Assembly (NCBI GenBank): GCA_034431095.1
Contig: DAOUDM010000019.1
Coordinates: 13,653 to 77,652 of the forward strand
DNA: 64,000 bases
Direction: 5' to 3'
DNA from: Dehalococcoidales bacterium
GTDB lineage: Bacteria > Chloroflexota > Dehalococcoidia > Dehalococcoidales > W693
A model generated the notes under the pieces. That model was not told the DNA's origin, made no database searches, and saw nothing but the letters and a program-made list of their open reading frames with translations. Shown piece by piece: positions 1 to 10,574 of the stretch; positions within the stretch are counted from its first letter, which is position 1, and each line of letters opens with the position of its first letter. The translations under genes were made by a program, and so were the position numbers.

Positions 1-786
<786 letters not shown>

Positions 787-798
787 AAAGGAGAGTTA

Positions 799-2007
799 AT
801 GAGTAGCAGTTTTGAAAGCTCCCCCAATTATTTGATTACCTCGGAATCGGTTACCGAGGGCCACCCGGACAAGATGTGCGACCAGATATCGGATGCCATC
901 CTGGATGCCATTCTCAAGCAAGACCCCTGCGGCAGGGTAGCCTGCGAGGTAGCCACCACCACCGGACTGGTAATAGTCCTGGGGGAGATTAGCACCAAGT
1001 GCTATGTCGAAATCCCCCGCATCGTACGGGATACGGTGCGTGATATAGGCTATACCAGGCCCGAGTACGGCTTCGATTGTCAGTCGTGCGGGGTGATGGT
1101 CTCCATTACCGAGCAGTCCAGCGATATCGATATGGGAGTAAGCAAGTCGGCGGAAGCCAAAACAAGCCGGACTACCGACGACCTGGACAGGGTCGGCGCC
1201 GGCGACCAGGGGATGATGGTCGGCTTCGCCTGCAACGAGACACCGGAGCTGATGCCCCTGCCCATCTCCCTGGCGCATAAACTGTGCCGCCGGCTGGCTC
1301 AGGTAAGAAAAGATAATACTCTGCCCTACCTCCGCCCCGACGGTAAATCGCAGGTGACGGTGGAATATCGCAACGGAAAACCAAGAAGGGTGGATAGCGT
1401 GGTGATTGGCGCCCAGCACGACGATAATGTCAACCACGACCAGATTGAACAGGATATTATAAAGCGCGTAATCAAGGAAATCGTTCCCCCGGAGTTGATA
1501 GACGATAAGACTAGATACTACGTCAATGCCACCGGACGGTTTGTCATCGGCGGCCCGATATCCGATACCGGCTTCACCGGTCGCAAGATCCTGGTCGATA
1601 CCTATGGCGGCGTCGCCCGTCACGGCGGCGGCGCCTTCTCCGGTAAAGACCCGACCAAGGTCGACCGCTCGGCGACCTATATGGCGCGCTACATCGCCAA
1701 GAACCTGGTCGCCGCCGGCATAGCCGAGCGGCTGGAAATACAGATTGCCTATGTTATCGGCGTCGCCCATCCGCTGTCCGTTTCCGTGGAGACCTTCGGC
1801 ACCGGTAAGATAGATACCCAGACTATCAAAGATCTGATTAAAAAGCACTTTGACCTCAGGCCGGCGGCTATCATCAAGACGCTTGACCTCCGCCGCCCGA
1901 TATACCGGCAGACCGCCGCCTACGGGCACTTCGGCAGAACCGATATTGATTTACCCTGGGAAAAGACTGACATGGCCGATATTTTAAGAAAAGAGGTTGG
2001 GCTTTAA
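799..2007 (+). CDS. metK: S-adenosylmethionine synthetase
   Basis: The 402-aa ORF carries MetK motifs ([29 protein letters not shown]). An AGGAG SD sits upstream at 788-793. Confidence 0.95.
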   Translation: MSSSFESSPNYLITSESVTEGHPDKMCDQISDAILDAILKQDPCGRVACEVATTTGLVIVLGEISTKCYVEIPRIVRDTVRDIGYTRPEYGFDCQSCGVMVSITEQSSDIDMGVSKSAEAKTSRTTDDLDRVGAGDQGMMVGFACNETPELMPLPISLAHKLCRRLAQVRKDNTLPYLRPDGKSQVTVEYRNGKPRRVDSVVIGAQHDDNVNHDQIEQDIIKRVIKEIVPPELIDDKTRYYVNATGRFVIGGPISDTGFTGRKILVDTYGGVARHGGGAFSGKDPTKVDRSATYMARYIAKNLVAAGIAERLEIQIAYVIGVAHPLSVSVETFGTGKIDTQTIKDLIKKHFDLRPAAIIKTLDLRRPIYRQTAAYGHFGRTDIDLPWEKTDMADILRKEVGL

Positions 2008-2043
2008 TCACTTTTTCTGAATAGTGCTAACAGGAGATAGCTT

Positions 2044-2562
2044 ATGGATGGGTGGCTATATGGATTATTCGCTCTAGCAGGAGTAATTGTAGGCGGTTTT
2101 TTCACTTTTTTAGGACTTGTTAAGCAACTAGGACAACAAAAGGAATTAGATTCTCGTCAATGGCAACGTAAGATTAGAAGCGAACCGTTACTTAAATTAA
2201 GGGATGAGTTAGCTATAATGGCAACTATGCAAAATAGAGTTGCTAACGCCGCAGAAAAACTATATAACATAGATAGCGATGGGATGGAAAAGGCAAATAT
2301 AGAACTAGAAGAAGCTATAAATGATTGGAATACCTATTTATCAAAGGGAAATCTATTTCAAACTTTGCTTATACAATACGATACAGAACTTTTTAACAAT
2401 GTGCTTAATATTCAGAAAAGTTATATTACCTCTTATCACACCCTACGGCATAAGGTATCTAAAAGAGATGAACGGGATAAAGCTATAGGACCACTAAGTA
2501 AAGTTTGGCAAAATGTAATTTCAGCTCAAGAACTAATCAACAAACGACTAGAGGAACTTTAA
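2044..2562 (+). CDS. hypothetical protein with N-terminal transmembrane helix (AT-rich orphan)
   Basis: 172-aa ORF with an SD (CAGGAG) upstream. The N-terminus is hydrophobic (WLYGLFALAGVIVGGFFTFLGL). It is visibly AT-richer than its flanks and I recognise no family. Confidence 0.5.
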   Translation: MDGWLYGLFALAGVIVGGFFTFLGLVKQLGQQKELDSRQWQRKIRSEPLLKLRDELAIMATMQNRVANAAEKLYNIDSDGMEKANIELEEAINDWNTYLSKGNLFQTLLIQYDTELFNNVLNIQKSYITSYHTLRHKVSKRDERDKAIGPLSKVWQNVISAQELINKRLEEL

Positions 2563-2565
2563 AAA

Positions 2566-2722
2566 GCGGGGAGTTTGAGGGGCGAAGCCCCTCATTAAAA
2601 AGCTTCCCCTTCCCCTTGGCAAGGGGAAGGGGATAAAGGGGATGGGGTTGATAAGAATAAGACACACTTCTATCTTTTCCCACCCGCCGCCCTTTAAGGA
2701 ATAAGATAAGGGGGTGAGGTAG
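2566..2722. repeat. intergenic hairpin-repeat cluster C1 (modules M1+M2+M6)
   Basis: Contains hairpin TGAGGGGC-GAA-GCCCCTCA (2576-2594) and a 13-bp perfect hairpin TCCCCTTCCCCTT-GGC-AAGGGGAAGGGGA (2605-2633) with tail TAAAGGGGATGGGGTTG. It then has TTCCCACCCGCCGCCCTTTAAGGAA. Near-identical copies occur at 39860-39945 and, inverted, at 50459-50545. Confidence 0.85.
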
Positions 2723-4147
2723 ATAAATCCTATAAAGTTTGGCACCGACGGCTGGCGAGCAATCATCGCCGAGGACTTCACCTTTGACAACGTTCGCCTC
2801 TGCGCCCAGGCGGTCGCCGTATATCTTAAAGACAGCGGGCTGGCACAAAGGGGGCTGGTCATCGGCTACGATACCCGCTTTGCCTCCGAAGACTTTGCCC
2901 GGGCCGCCGCCGAGGTAATCTGCGGCAACGGGATAAAGGTATACCTGTGCCCCAGAGCCGCCCCGACGCCGATGGTCAGCTATGGCGTCCTGGCAAAGCA
3001 AGCCGGCGGGGCTATCGTTATCACCGCCAGCCATAACCCGCCGCAATGGAACGGCTTCAAGTACAAGTCGGCAAACGGCACCAGCGCCCCGACGGAGGTC
3101 ATCGCCGAGCTGGAGAAGAGCATCGCCACTATTACCACTACGGGCAAGATAAGCCGAATACCGCTGGCTGAAGCTCAAAAACAAGGGCTGATAGAATACA
3201 CTGATCTGGCGCCAAGCTATGTAGAGCAGATAAAGAGCCTCATAGACCTTGACGGATTAAGAAAAGCCGGGCTCAAGATAGTGGTTGACTCTATGTACGG
3301 TGCCGGCGCTGGCTACTTTAAGATGCTTCTGGATGGAGGTGCCACAAAGCTCCTGGAGATAAACGACGAACGCAACCCTGTCTTCCCCGGCATAAAACAG
3401 CCGGAGCCGATTGCCGTCAATCTAGCTAAGTTATCAGACAGGGTCAGGCGGGAAAAGGCTGACATCGGTATCGCCACCGACGGCGATGCCGACCGTATCG
3501 GCATTATAGATGAAAAGGGCAACTTCCTGACCCAGCTCCAGGTCTTTGCCCTGCTGGCGCTATATCTTCTGGAAGTGCGTGGTGAGCGGGGCGCCATTGT
3601 TAAGACGATAACCACCACCAGCATGCTCTACCGTCTGGGCGAGATATTCAATGTGCCTGTCTATGAAACACCGGTGGGCTTTAAGTACGTCGCCCCGATA
3701 ATGCTCGCCCGGAACGCCCTCGTTGGTGGGGAGGAGAGCGGTGGCTATGGCTTCCGCGGGCATGTGCCCGAGCGCGATGCTATACTCAGCGGACTCTATT
3801 TCCTTGATCTGATGGCCAGGACGGGCAAGACGCCATCGCAGTTGCTGGACTACCTCTACAGCAGGGTAGGTCCTCACTACTACAGCCGTCTGGATATAGA
3901 GTTTGCCGAGGAGCAGAGAGAGAAAATAATCAGCCGCGTCCGGGATAGCTCTCCGGAGACGCTTGGCGGGGTTAAGGTGGCTAACAAAGACACCATCGAC
4001 GGTTTCCGCTTTACCCTGGCCGATTCCTCCTGGCTTCTCATCCGCTTTTCCGGCACCGAGCCACTGCTCCGCATCTATAGCGAAAGCAATAGCCAGTCCC
4101 GCGCCGAAAGACTGCTCGAACTGGGCCGGGAGATAGCCGGGGTCTAG
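2723..4147 (+). CDS. phosphoglucomutase/phosphomannomutase family protein (alpha-D-phosphohexomutase)
   Basis: Has the active-site TASHNP motif and the conserved N-terminus KFGTDGWR, which is encoded at 2735-2758. The frame is open from 2723. The first canonical start is ATG 2972, which would delete about 80 conserved residues. The proposed start is ATA 2723 (or 2732), downstream of AAGGGGGTGA (2708-2717). Confidence 0.8.
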   Translation: MNPIKFGTDGWRAIIAEDFTFDNVRLCAQAVAVYLKDSGLAQRGLVIGYDTRFASEDFARAAAEVICGNGIKVYLCPRAAPTPMVSYGVLAKQAGGAIVITASHNPPQWNGFKYKSANGTSAPTEVIAELEKSIATITTTGKISRIPLAEAQKQGLIEYTDLAPSYVEQIKSLIDLDGLRKAGLKIVVDSMYGAGAGYFKMLLDGGATKLLEINDERNPVFPGIKQPEPIAVNLAKLSDRVRREKADIGIATDGDADRIGIIDEKGNFLTQLQVFALLALYLLEVRGERGAIVKTITTTSMLYRLGEIFNVPVYETPVGFKYVAPIMLARNALVGGEESGGYGFRGHVPERDAILSGLYFLDLMARTGKTPSQLLDYLYSRVGPHYYSRLDIEFAEEQREKIISRVRDSSPETLGGVKVANKDTIDGFRFTLADSSWLLIRFSGTEPLLRIYSESNSQSRAERLLELGREIAGV

Positions 4148-4203
4148 CCATAGTCGGGGGCTGGCAAAGCAGAATCTGGAACTGTCGAATTCCCTGGAGC
4201 TTC

Positions 4204-4599
4204 TTACCGCTTGGTGTATTGTGGTGCTTTGCGGGCGCGCTTGAGGCCGGGCTTCTTCCTCTCTTTAGCCCGCGAGTCGCGGGTCAGCAGCCCGTCCTGG
4301 CGCAGTAGCAGCTTGAACCTCTCGTCTTCCTGTAGCAGGGCGCGGGCGATACCGTGAGCAATGGCGCCGCATTGCCCGGCTATGCCGCCGCCGGCTACCT
4401 TGACCAGGACATCGTATTTGCCTGCGGTCTCGGTCACCACCAGCGGTTTCATTATAGTCTGGAGGTGCGCAATGCGGGTGAACCGCTCATCGTAAGGCAT
4501 GCCATTTATCATGATAGTGCCGCTGCCTGGCATCAGCCTTACCTGGGCAACCGCTTCCTTGCGTTTTCCTGTCCCGTGAGAATAGGTTTTCTTTTTCAA
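4204..4599 (-). CDS. rpsI: 30S ribosomal protein S9
   Basis: 131-aa ORF ending in the typical S9 C-terminus ...RKAPQYTKR. It lies downstream of rplM. Confidence 0.95.
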   Translation of the reverse strand: MKKKTYSHGTGKRKEAVAQVRLMPGSGTIMINGMPYDERFTRIAHLQTIMKPLVVTETAGKYDVLVKVAGGGIAGQCGAIAHGIARALLQEDERFKLLLRQDGLLTRDSRAKERKKPGLKRARKAPQYTKR

Positions 4600-4623
4600 A
4601 TTACCCTCGCAAACTGCAACTGA

Positions 4624-5046
4624 TTATTTACCAGCCCCCGTCTGAGCCAGGTGGGGATGAGAGTCCCCGGCATAGACCTTGAGCTTTTTCATCATGCTGT
4701 TCCCCAGACGGTTCTTGGGCAACATACCCTTAACGGCATGCTCGATTACCCATGATGGCTTGGTCTTGAGCATCTCCTCCAGGGTGATGCTCTTGAAGCC
4801 GCCGGGATACCCGGAGTGCCGATAGTAGAGCTTCTGCTTCGCCTTGTTGCCGCTAACACGAACCTTTTTGGCGTTGACGATAACGACATAATCGCCGGTA
4901 TCCAGGTGGCGGCTGAACATCGGCTTGTTCTTGCCCATTAGCAGGCGGGCAACCTCGGTAGCCATCCGTCCCAGGACCTTATCTGTGGCGTCGATAACAT
5001 GCCACTGGTGCTCTATCTCGGAGGCTTTAACGCTATAGGTTTTCAC
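4624..5046 (-). CDS. rplM: 50S ribosomal protein L13
   Basis: 140-aa ORF with the L13 pattern (WHVIDA..VLGR.A..VA..L.GK). Confidence 0.95.
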   Translation of the reverse strand: MKTYSVKASEIEHQWHVIDATDKVLGRMATEVARLLMGKNKPMFSRHLDTGDYVVIVNAKKVRVSGNKAKQKLYYRHSGYPGGFKSITLEEMLKTKPSWVIEHAVKGMLPKNRLGNSMMKKLKVYAGDSHPHLAQTGAGK

Positions 5047-5906
5047 TTATCTTCTTCCTCAAATGGTTTTTTGTAATTCACCTTTGTTAGGTATAAGCCG
5101 CAGGCGGGAGCCGCCGGCCCCGCCAGCCCGATTTTTTCCGCCTCCATTATACTATAAAACTCTCCGGGCGTCATCCTGCCCAGCCCAACCCTGATGAGAG
5201 CCCCGACCGTGTTGCGCACCTGGTGGGGCAGGAAGGAGTTGGCTGTTATGCTAAAGATGTTCATCTCTCCGTCCCTCGTTACTCCGGCGTGATACACCCT
5301 CCGCCGGGTACGCTTTATCTCTACCCCCAGATTGCTGGCAAACGAGGCGAGGTCGTGCTCACCGATGAGGGTCTGGCACGCCCGGTTCATAGCTTCGATG
5401 TCCAGCTCACCGGTGACCAGATGACAAAACCCATCCCAGACCGGAGAGCGGGTCGGGCTATTCAGTATGTAGTATTCGTATTCACGGCTGACGGCGTGGC
5501 TCCTGACATTGAATGAGTCGCCAGCTTTATAAGCCTCCTTGATGGCGATATCCCTGGGTAGATAGTAATTTAAGCCGTTAACAAATGTCTCCGGTGTAAG
5601 CGTTGACCTGGTCCTGAAGCTGACCACCTGCCCCCGGGCATGAACCCCGCTATCGGTGCGGCTGGCGGCCAGCAACCTGATTCTATCGCCGGTGAGCCTT
5701 TTCAGGGCTCTCTCTATCTCGCCCTGGATGGTGGGCAGTTCTGTCTGGAGCTGGAAACCGCAGTAACGGCTGCCGTTGTACTCGACGACCAGCACCATCT
5801 TGGTGATATTGCTCACCGAAGAAACGCTTTCAGGGTCTCCAGCTGGAGACCCTATCCCCTCTCTTGAGACCTTCTCTAGTCCTGTAGTTATAGAAATAGA
5901 TGCCAT
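5043..5906 (-). CDS. truA: tRNA pseudouridine(38-40) synthase
   Basis: Carries TruA motifs ([19 protein letters not shown]). The ATG at 5906 overlaps the rplQ stop as TAATG. An alternative internal start (MVLVVEY) is possible. Confidence 0.85.
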   Translation of the reverse strand: MASISITTGLEKVSREGIGSPAGDPESVSSVSNITKMVLVVEYNGSRYCGFQLQTELPTIQGEIERALKRLTGDRIRLLAASRTDSGVHARGQVVSFRTRSTLTPETFVNGLNYYLPRDIAIKEAYKAGDSFNVRSHAVSREYEYYILNSPTRSPVWDGFCHLVTGELDIEAMNRACQTLIGEHDLASFASNLGVEIKRTRRRVYHAGVTRDGEMNIFSITANSFLPHQVRNTVGALIRVGLGRMTPGEFYSIMEAEKIGLAGPAAPACGLYLTKVNYKKPFEEEDK

Positions 5907-6259
5907 TACTCTACCAGCTTAAGCTGAACCATAGCCGCCCCGTCCCCCAGCCTGGGACCCAGCTTGGTGATGCGGGTATAACCGCCGGGGCGCTCGGCAA
6001 ACCTTACTGAAAGGTCATCGAATAGCTTGCCAACCACCTTTTCATCGTAAATAAAGGCTAGTGCCTGGCGCCGGGCATTAAGCCCGCCGTGCTTGGCCAG
6101 GGTTATCATCTTCTCGGCTATACCCTGCACTTCTTTAGCCTTGGCTTCGGTCGTTTTAATCTTCTCATAATCAAGAAGGTCGGCCACCAGGTTGCGGAAC
6201 AACGCCTTGCGGTGCCCTGTAGACCGCCCCAGACCTCTGCCAGCTATCTTATGCCTCAT
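5906..6259 (-). CDS. rplQ: 50S ribosomal protein L17
   Basis: 117-aa ORF with an L17 N-terminus (MRHK..GR.LGR...HR.A..RN). Confidence 0.95.
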   Translation of the reverse strand: MRHKIAGRGLGRSTGHRKALFRNLVADLLDYEKIKTTEAKAKEVQGIAEKMITLAKHGGLNARRQALAFIYDEKVVGKLFDDLSVRFAERPGGYTRITKLGPRLGDGAAMVQLKLVE

Positions 6260-6290
6260 TTCAACCTCACTTTAACTGATACCGGACTGC

Positions 6291-7292
6291 TCAAACGGAA
6301 TCTCTTTCCGGCTCTATCCCTGGCTGGGATTCACTATCTTCTACTTCGGGAGAGAGGGTCAGCCCCAATGCCTTGAGGCGTTCCTCTACCTCTTGCTTGG
6401 ACTTCTGCCCGAAGTTGCGTAGCGTCATCAGTTCCTTGTCCCCGGTGCTGATGAGCTCGCCAACAGTGGTAATACCACTGCGCCTCAGGCAATTTATAGC
6501 CCGCACCGACAGGTCTAGCTGTTCCACGGGCATATTGAATAAGTCCTTGGGTATGGAGGCACGCAGAGCCTTCTTCTCCTCCTCCGCCTGGGAAACCTGG
6601 CCGTAATCAACAAACGGGGCTAGCTGTTCTGTTAGCAGGCTGGCCGCATAGCTGATGGCACTTACCGGTGAGATTGTACCGTCGGTCCACACCTCCAGAT
6701 ACAACTGTTCGTGGCTGGTATCCTGGCCAATATGAATCGGCTCGACGGTAAAGTTGACCTTGCGTACCGGAGTAAAGATGGCATCGACCGGAATCGTCCC
6801 TACCGGCAAACTGTCACTCGATTTAGCCGGTTTGTAGCCTATCCCCAGCTCAACATCAATATCTACGTAGAGCTTTGCCTCCGGTGAATCCAGTGTCACC
6901 AGGTAAAGCTCCGGGTTAACGATTTCAACTTCAGACGATGGATTAATGTCAGCGGCGTAGACTTCTCCCTCGTTTTCTTTCTCTAGCGTCAACCTGGCCG
7001 GTCTATCGGAAAGGGGTTTCAGGCGCAGTGCTTTAAGATTGAGCAGGAACTCCAGTACGTCCTCTTTGACATGGGGGATTGGTGAAAATTCGTGTTGTAC
7101 CCCCTCGATATGAACGCGGGTTACTGCCGCCCCGGGAAGGTATTGGAGCAACACCCGCCGCATGGCATTACCCAGGGTAGTGCCGAACCCCTTTTCCAGG
7201 GGCTGGGTTAAAAAGCGCCCGTACTTATCACTGGAGTCAACACATTCAATCTTGGGAACTACTAAACCAAACAAAGATGACCTCCTTACCAA
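6291..7292 (-). CDS. rpoA: DNA-directed RNA polymerase subunit alpha
   Basis: 333-aa ORF with the alpha-NTD (PLE.GFG.TLGNA.RR.LL) and a C-terminal helix-hairpin-helix domain (LSVRA.NCL...I.TVGEL). Confidence 0.95.
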   Translation of the reverse strand: MVRRSSLFGLVVPKIECVDSSDKYGRFLTQPLEKGFGTTLGNAMRRVLLQYLPGAAVTRVHIEGVQHEFSPIPHVKEDVLEFLLNLKALRLKPLSDRPARLTLEKENEGEVYAADINPSSEVEIVNPELYLVTLDSPEAKLYVDIDVELGIGYKPAKSSDSLPVGTIPVDAIFTPVRKVNFTVEPIHIGQDTSHEQLYLEVWTDGTISPVSAISYAASLLTEQLAPFVDYGQVSQAEEEKKALRASIPKDLFNMPVEQLDLSVRAINCLRRSGITTVGELISTGDKELMTLRNFGQKSKQEVEERLKALGLTLSPEVEDSESQPGIEPERDSV

Positions 7293-7297
7293 TCAGC

Positions 7298-7924
7298 CTA
7301 CCGCGAGTAGTGCTCAACAACCGCCGCCACGTCAAATTTGGCTTCGACATCGTCCGGGGTGGGCAGGGATAAAACCCGGCCAACGAGTTTCTGCTTATCC
7401 AGGCTCAGCCAGCTGGGGATAACCTTGCCGCCGACCATCTGAGCCAGTTGTTTATAATATTCTTTCTTGGTGCTTCTCTCATGCCAGCTGATGACATCAC
7501 CCTCTTTGACCAGGCAGGAGGGGATATCGGTCTTGTGCCCGTTGAGCAGGATATGCCCGTGCTGTACTATCTGGCGGGCCTGTGCCCGGGAATCGCTGAA
7601 ACCCAGACGATAGATTACGTTGTCAAGCCGCCTTTCCAGCAGGACCAGCAGGTTTTCTCCGGTAATACCCGGCTGTCTGCCAGCCTGGGCGAAGAACCGC
7701 CGGAACTGCCTTTCCAGGATGCCATAGCTATAACGTACCTTTTGCTTTTCCCGGAGCTGTATCCCGCGGTCGGAGAGACGCCGCCGCCGCCGACCCAACT
7801 GTGGCCCTGGTGGTTTGGGGCGCTTGTCCAGTATACACTTGGTGATGCACTTGTTACCCTTGAGCATCAATTTATCGCCGCTACGGCGGCATAACCGGCA
7901 GACTGCTGCTGTGTACCTAGCCAT
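7298..7924 (-). CDS. rpsD: 30S ribosomal protein S4
   Basis: The S4 N-terminus [14 protein letters not shown] starts at ATG 7924. The ORF-track extension to 7963 overlaps the rpsK end. Confidence 0.9.
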   Translation of the reverse strand: MARYTAAVCRLCRRSGDKLMLKGNKCITKCILDKRPKPPGPQLGRRRRRLSDRGIQLREKQKVRYSYGILERQFRRFFAQAGRQPGITGENLLVLLERRLDNVIYRLGFSDSRAQARQIVQHGHILLNGHKTDIPSCLVKEGDVISWHERSTKKEYYKQLAQMVGGKVIPSWLSLDKQKLVGRVLSLPTPDDVEAKFDVAAVVEHYSR

Positions 7925-7928
7925 ATCT

Positions 7929-8321
7929 CTAGACACGCCTCCTTTTAGGCGGACGGCAACCATTATGCGGGATGGGCGTCACATCGCGGATACTAGTAAT
8001 ATAGAGCCCCGAGCTCTGCAGGGAACGGATGGCGGCTTCGCGGCCGCTACCAGGTCCCTTGATATAGACCTCTACCTGTCTCAAGCCATGCTCCATAGCT
8101 TTCTGGGCGGCATTTTTAGCCGCCAGTTGCGCCGCATAGGGCGTGCTCTTGCGTGAACCCTTAAAGCCAACCGAACCCGAGCTCGCCCAGGCGATAACAT
8201 TTCCCTCCGGGTCGGTCAGGGTCACTATGGTATTGTTGAAGGTAGCCTGTATATAGGCTCTCCCGCTAACAATGGACTTACGTTCCCGTTTCCTCGTCTT
8301 TGTCTTTTTCTTCTGTGGCAT
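7929..8321 (-). CDS. rpsK: 30S ribosomal protein S11
   Basis: 130-aa ORF with the S11 pattern (G.A.I.ATFNNTI.T.TD..GN...W.S.G). Confidence 0.95.
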   Translation of the reverse strand: MPQKKKTKTRKRERKSIVSGRAYIQATFNNTIVTLTDPEGNVIAWASSGSVGFKGSRKSTPYAAQLAAKNAAQKAMEHGLRQVEVYIKGPGSGREAAIRSLQSSGLYITSIRDVTPIPHNGCRPPKRRRV

Positions 8322-8335
8322 CTATCTCTCCCTTT

Positions 8336-8725
8336 TTACTTCTTAGACATACCGCGTCTCTGGCCCCTGCCGGCAACTGTCTTACGATCACCACGTTTGG
8401 TGCGGGCATTGGTCCGCGTTCGCTGTCCCTTAACCGGCAGATTGCGGCGGTGCCGTAAGCCCCGGTAACTGCCAATATCAAGTAGGCGCTTGATATTAAG
8501 GTTAACCTCTTTTCGGAGTTCGCCCTCGACCCGGTACTCGTGGGCAATAAGCTCGCGGAGACGGTTAACCTCGTCTTCAGTCAGTTTATCGACCCTGGTA
8601 TCGGGGTTTATACCAGCCTGTGCCAGTATCTTGTGGCTCAGGGTGGAACCAATACCATAGATATACTGTAGCGATACCCAGACCTGCTTTGTCTTGGGTA
8701 TATCTACTCCGGCGATACGTGCCAT
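8336..8725 (-). CDS. rpsM: 30S ribosomal protein S13
   Basis: 129-aa ORF beginning [10 protein letters not shown]. Confidence 0.95.
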   Translation of the reverse strand: MARIAGVDIPKTKQVWVSLQYIYGIGSTLSHKILAQAGINPDTRVDKLTEDEVNRLRELIAHEYRVEGELRKEVNLNIKRLLDIGSYRGLRHRRNLPVKGQRTRTNARTKRGDRKTVAGRGQRRGMSKK

Positions 8726-8749
8726 CTACTCCTCCTTAAAGACATAAAG

Positions 8750-8863
8750 CTAGCCCTGCCGCTGTTTGTGCTTGGGGTTGGGACAGATATTTCTCACCAC
8801 CCCATGACGCTTCACTATCTTGCATTTTTCGCACCTGGTTTTAACCGATGCCCTAACTTTCAT
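8750..8863 (-). CDS. rpmJ: 50S ribosomal protein L36
   Basis: Not in the ORF track. I translated the reverse complement by hand to [37 protein letters not shown]. It lies between infA and rpsM as expected. Confidence 0.9.
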   Translation of the reverse strand: MKVRASVKTRCEKCKIVKRHGVVRNICPNPKHKQRQG

Positions 8864-8912
8864 TATATCCTCTTATGTATCCTCTTAAAATGCCCCTGCC
8901 TATCACGGGCTG

Positions 8913-9131
8913 TTATTTCAGCCGGTAGGTAATCCGGCCGCGGCTCAGGTCATAAGGAGACAGCTCGACCAGTACCTTATCGCCAAGTAAAACCCTGATG
9001 TAATGCACCCTTATTTTACCAGAAATACGAGCCAATACTCTATGCCCGTTAGGTAGCTCGACACGAAAGGTAGCGTTGGGTAGTGCCTCAACTACCGTTC
9101 CCTCGACCTCTATAGCTTCCTTCTTGCCCAT
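8913..9131 (-). CDS. infA: translation initiation factor IF-1
   Basis: 72-aa ORF with the S1-like fold signature (EGTV.E.LPNA.FRV.L.NGH...A.ISGK.R). Confidence 0.95.
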   Translation of the reverse strand: MGKKEAIEVEGTVVEALPNATFRVELPNGHRVLARISGKIRVHYIRVLLGDKVLVELSPYDLSRGRITYRLK

Positions 9132-9143
9132 AAATCACCCTAT

Positions 9144-9893
9144 TCAGACAACGGTGAGCACCTCGGGCTCACTGTCAGTAATGGCTATAGTGTGCTCAAA
9201 GTGTGCCGAAAGACTGCCATCGTCGGTGAGCACCACCCAGTTGTCGCTGCCGACCCGGGTGCGCCAGCTGCCGGCGCTGACCATAGGCTCCAAGGCTAGG
9301 GTCATACCCTTTTTAAGCTCTGGCCCTGTCCCCGCCCAGCCGAAGTTGGGGATCTGGGGTTCCTCGTGTAGTTCACGACCGATGCCGTGGCCGGTATACT
9401 CCCGCACCACCGAGTAGCCTCTCGACTCAACATAATTTTGGATAGCGGCTGATACATCCCCTAACCTTGCCCCATCGTGGGCGGCGCTAATACCAGCCCT
9501 GAGGGCGGCTTCGGTTGTTTCCATAAGCTGTCTTGCCTGGGAGATGGTCTTGCCCACCCCGACCGTTATGGCGGCATCACCCTGGAAACCATCAAAGGTT
9601 GCCCCCAGGTCGAGGGAGACGATATCACCCTCTTTTATAACCCGCTTCCCGGGAATGCCGTGCACTATCTCATCGTTTATTGAGACACAGAGACTGGCCG
9701 GAAAACAGCGGTAGCCCTTAAAAGAGGCTTTAGCCCCCAGTTTTTCCAGCTCCCTGGCAGCAATAACATCCAGTTCCTTGGTTTTTATACCCGGTCTTAG
9801 TTGCGACCTGAGCACCTCCAGCACCCTGGCTGCAATCCTGCTTGCCTGCCTCATAGCGGCAATCTCACGTTCCGATTTAATAATTATACTCAT
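9144..9893 (-). CDS. map: type I methionine aminopeptidase
   Basis: 249-aa ORF with MetAP metal-ligand motifs (D...GY.GD...T, HG.G...HE). Confidence 0.95.
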   Translation of the reverse strand: MSIIIKSEREIAAMRQASRIAARVLEVLRSQLRPGIKTKELDVIAARELEKLGAKASFKGYRCFPASLCVSINDEIVHGIPGKRVIKEGDIVSLDLGATFDGFQGDAAITVGVGKTISQARQLMETTEAALRAGISAAHDGARLGDVSAAIQNYVESRGYSVVREYTGHGIGRELHEEPQIPNFGWAGTGPELKKGMTLALEPMVSAGSWRTRVGSDNWVVLTDDGSLSAHFEHTIAITDSEPEVLTVV

Positions 9894-10546
9894 CCAGTTA
9901 TATATTCCCTCTCCCGCAGGACGCCGGTTATCCTGCGGGCAACTTTATCAACACTCCCCTCGCCATCTACCTCCAGTAGCTTGCCACTCTTCTTGTAGTA
10001 CTCGATGAGAGGGGCCGTTTCGTCAAAGTATACCTTGAGCCGTTCCTTAACCGTTTTGATACTATCATCGGGCCGCTGGTAGAGCTCACCGCCGCACTTC
10101 TGGCATTTGCCTTTGGTATAGGCGGTTTCTTTGCCGTAGGGAGTTTGGCATTGGCGACATACTAGACGCCCGCCCAACCGCTTTATGAGCTCCTTCTCAG
10201 AGACCTTGATATGAACCACCCAATCTAAATTTTTATTCTGCCGCTTGAGAGCCTTGTCCAGCACCTCAGCCTGCTTCAGGTTTCTGGGGAAGCCATCAAA
10301 GACGACCCCGTCCCGGCAGTCTGGAGACGACATCCTCTCCAGGACCACCTGTGCCGTTATCTCGTCGGGGACCAGAACCCCTTTCTCCAGATAATCTTTA
10401 ACCTTAAGCCCCAGCTCATCCCCTCGCTCTACGGCCTGCCGGAACAGGTCGCCGGAGGCAATAGCTTTCAGTTTGAGCTCCCGGGCTACGTTTGCCGCCT
10501 GGGTGCCCTTACCTGCCCCCGGAGCCCCTAAAAAAACGATAAACAC
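9890..10546 (-). CDS. adk: adenylate kinase (zinc-lid type)
   Basis: Has the P-loop GAPGAGKGTQA and a lid with CxxC...CxxC (CRQC...CQKC). Confidence 0.95.
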   Translation of the reverse strand: MFIVFLGAPGAGKGTQAANVARELKLKAIASGDLFRQAVERGDELGLKVKDYLEKGVLVPDEITAQVVLERMSSPDCRDGVVFDGFPRNLKQAEVLDKALKRQNKNLDWVVHIKVSEKELIKRLGGRLVCRQCQTPYGKETAYTKGKCQKCGGELYQRPDDSIKTVKERLKVYFDETAPLIEYYKKSGKLLEVDGEGSVDKVARRITGVLREREYITG

Positions 10547-10574
10547 TTTTCACCCCGGTTTACAGTTGCCATCT

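Noticed and set aside
796-1929. 377-aa ORF antisense to metK
   Set aside because: It fully overlaps a gene with unmistakable MetK motifs. Its translation is low-complexity Gly/Ala/Arg-rich, as is typical of shadow ORFs in GC-rich coding DNA.
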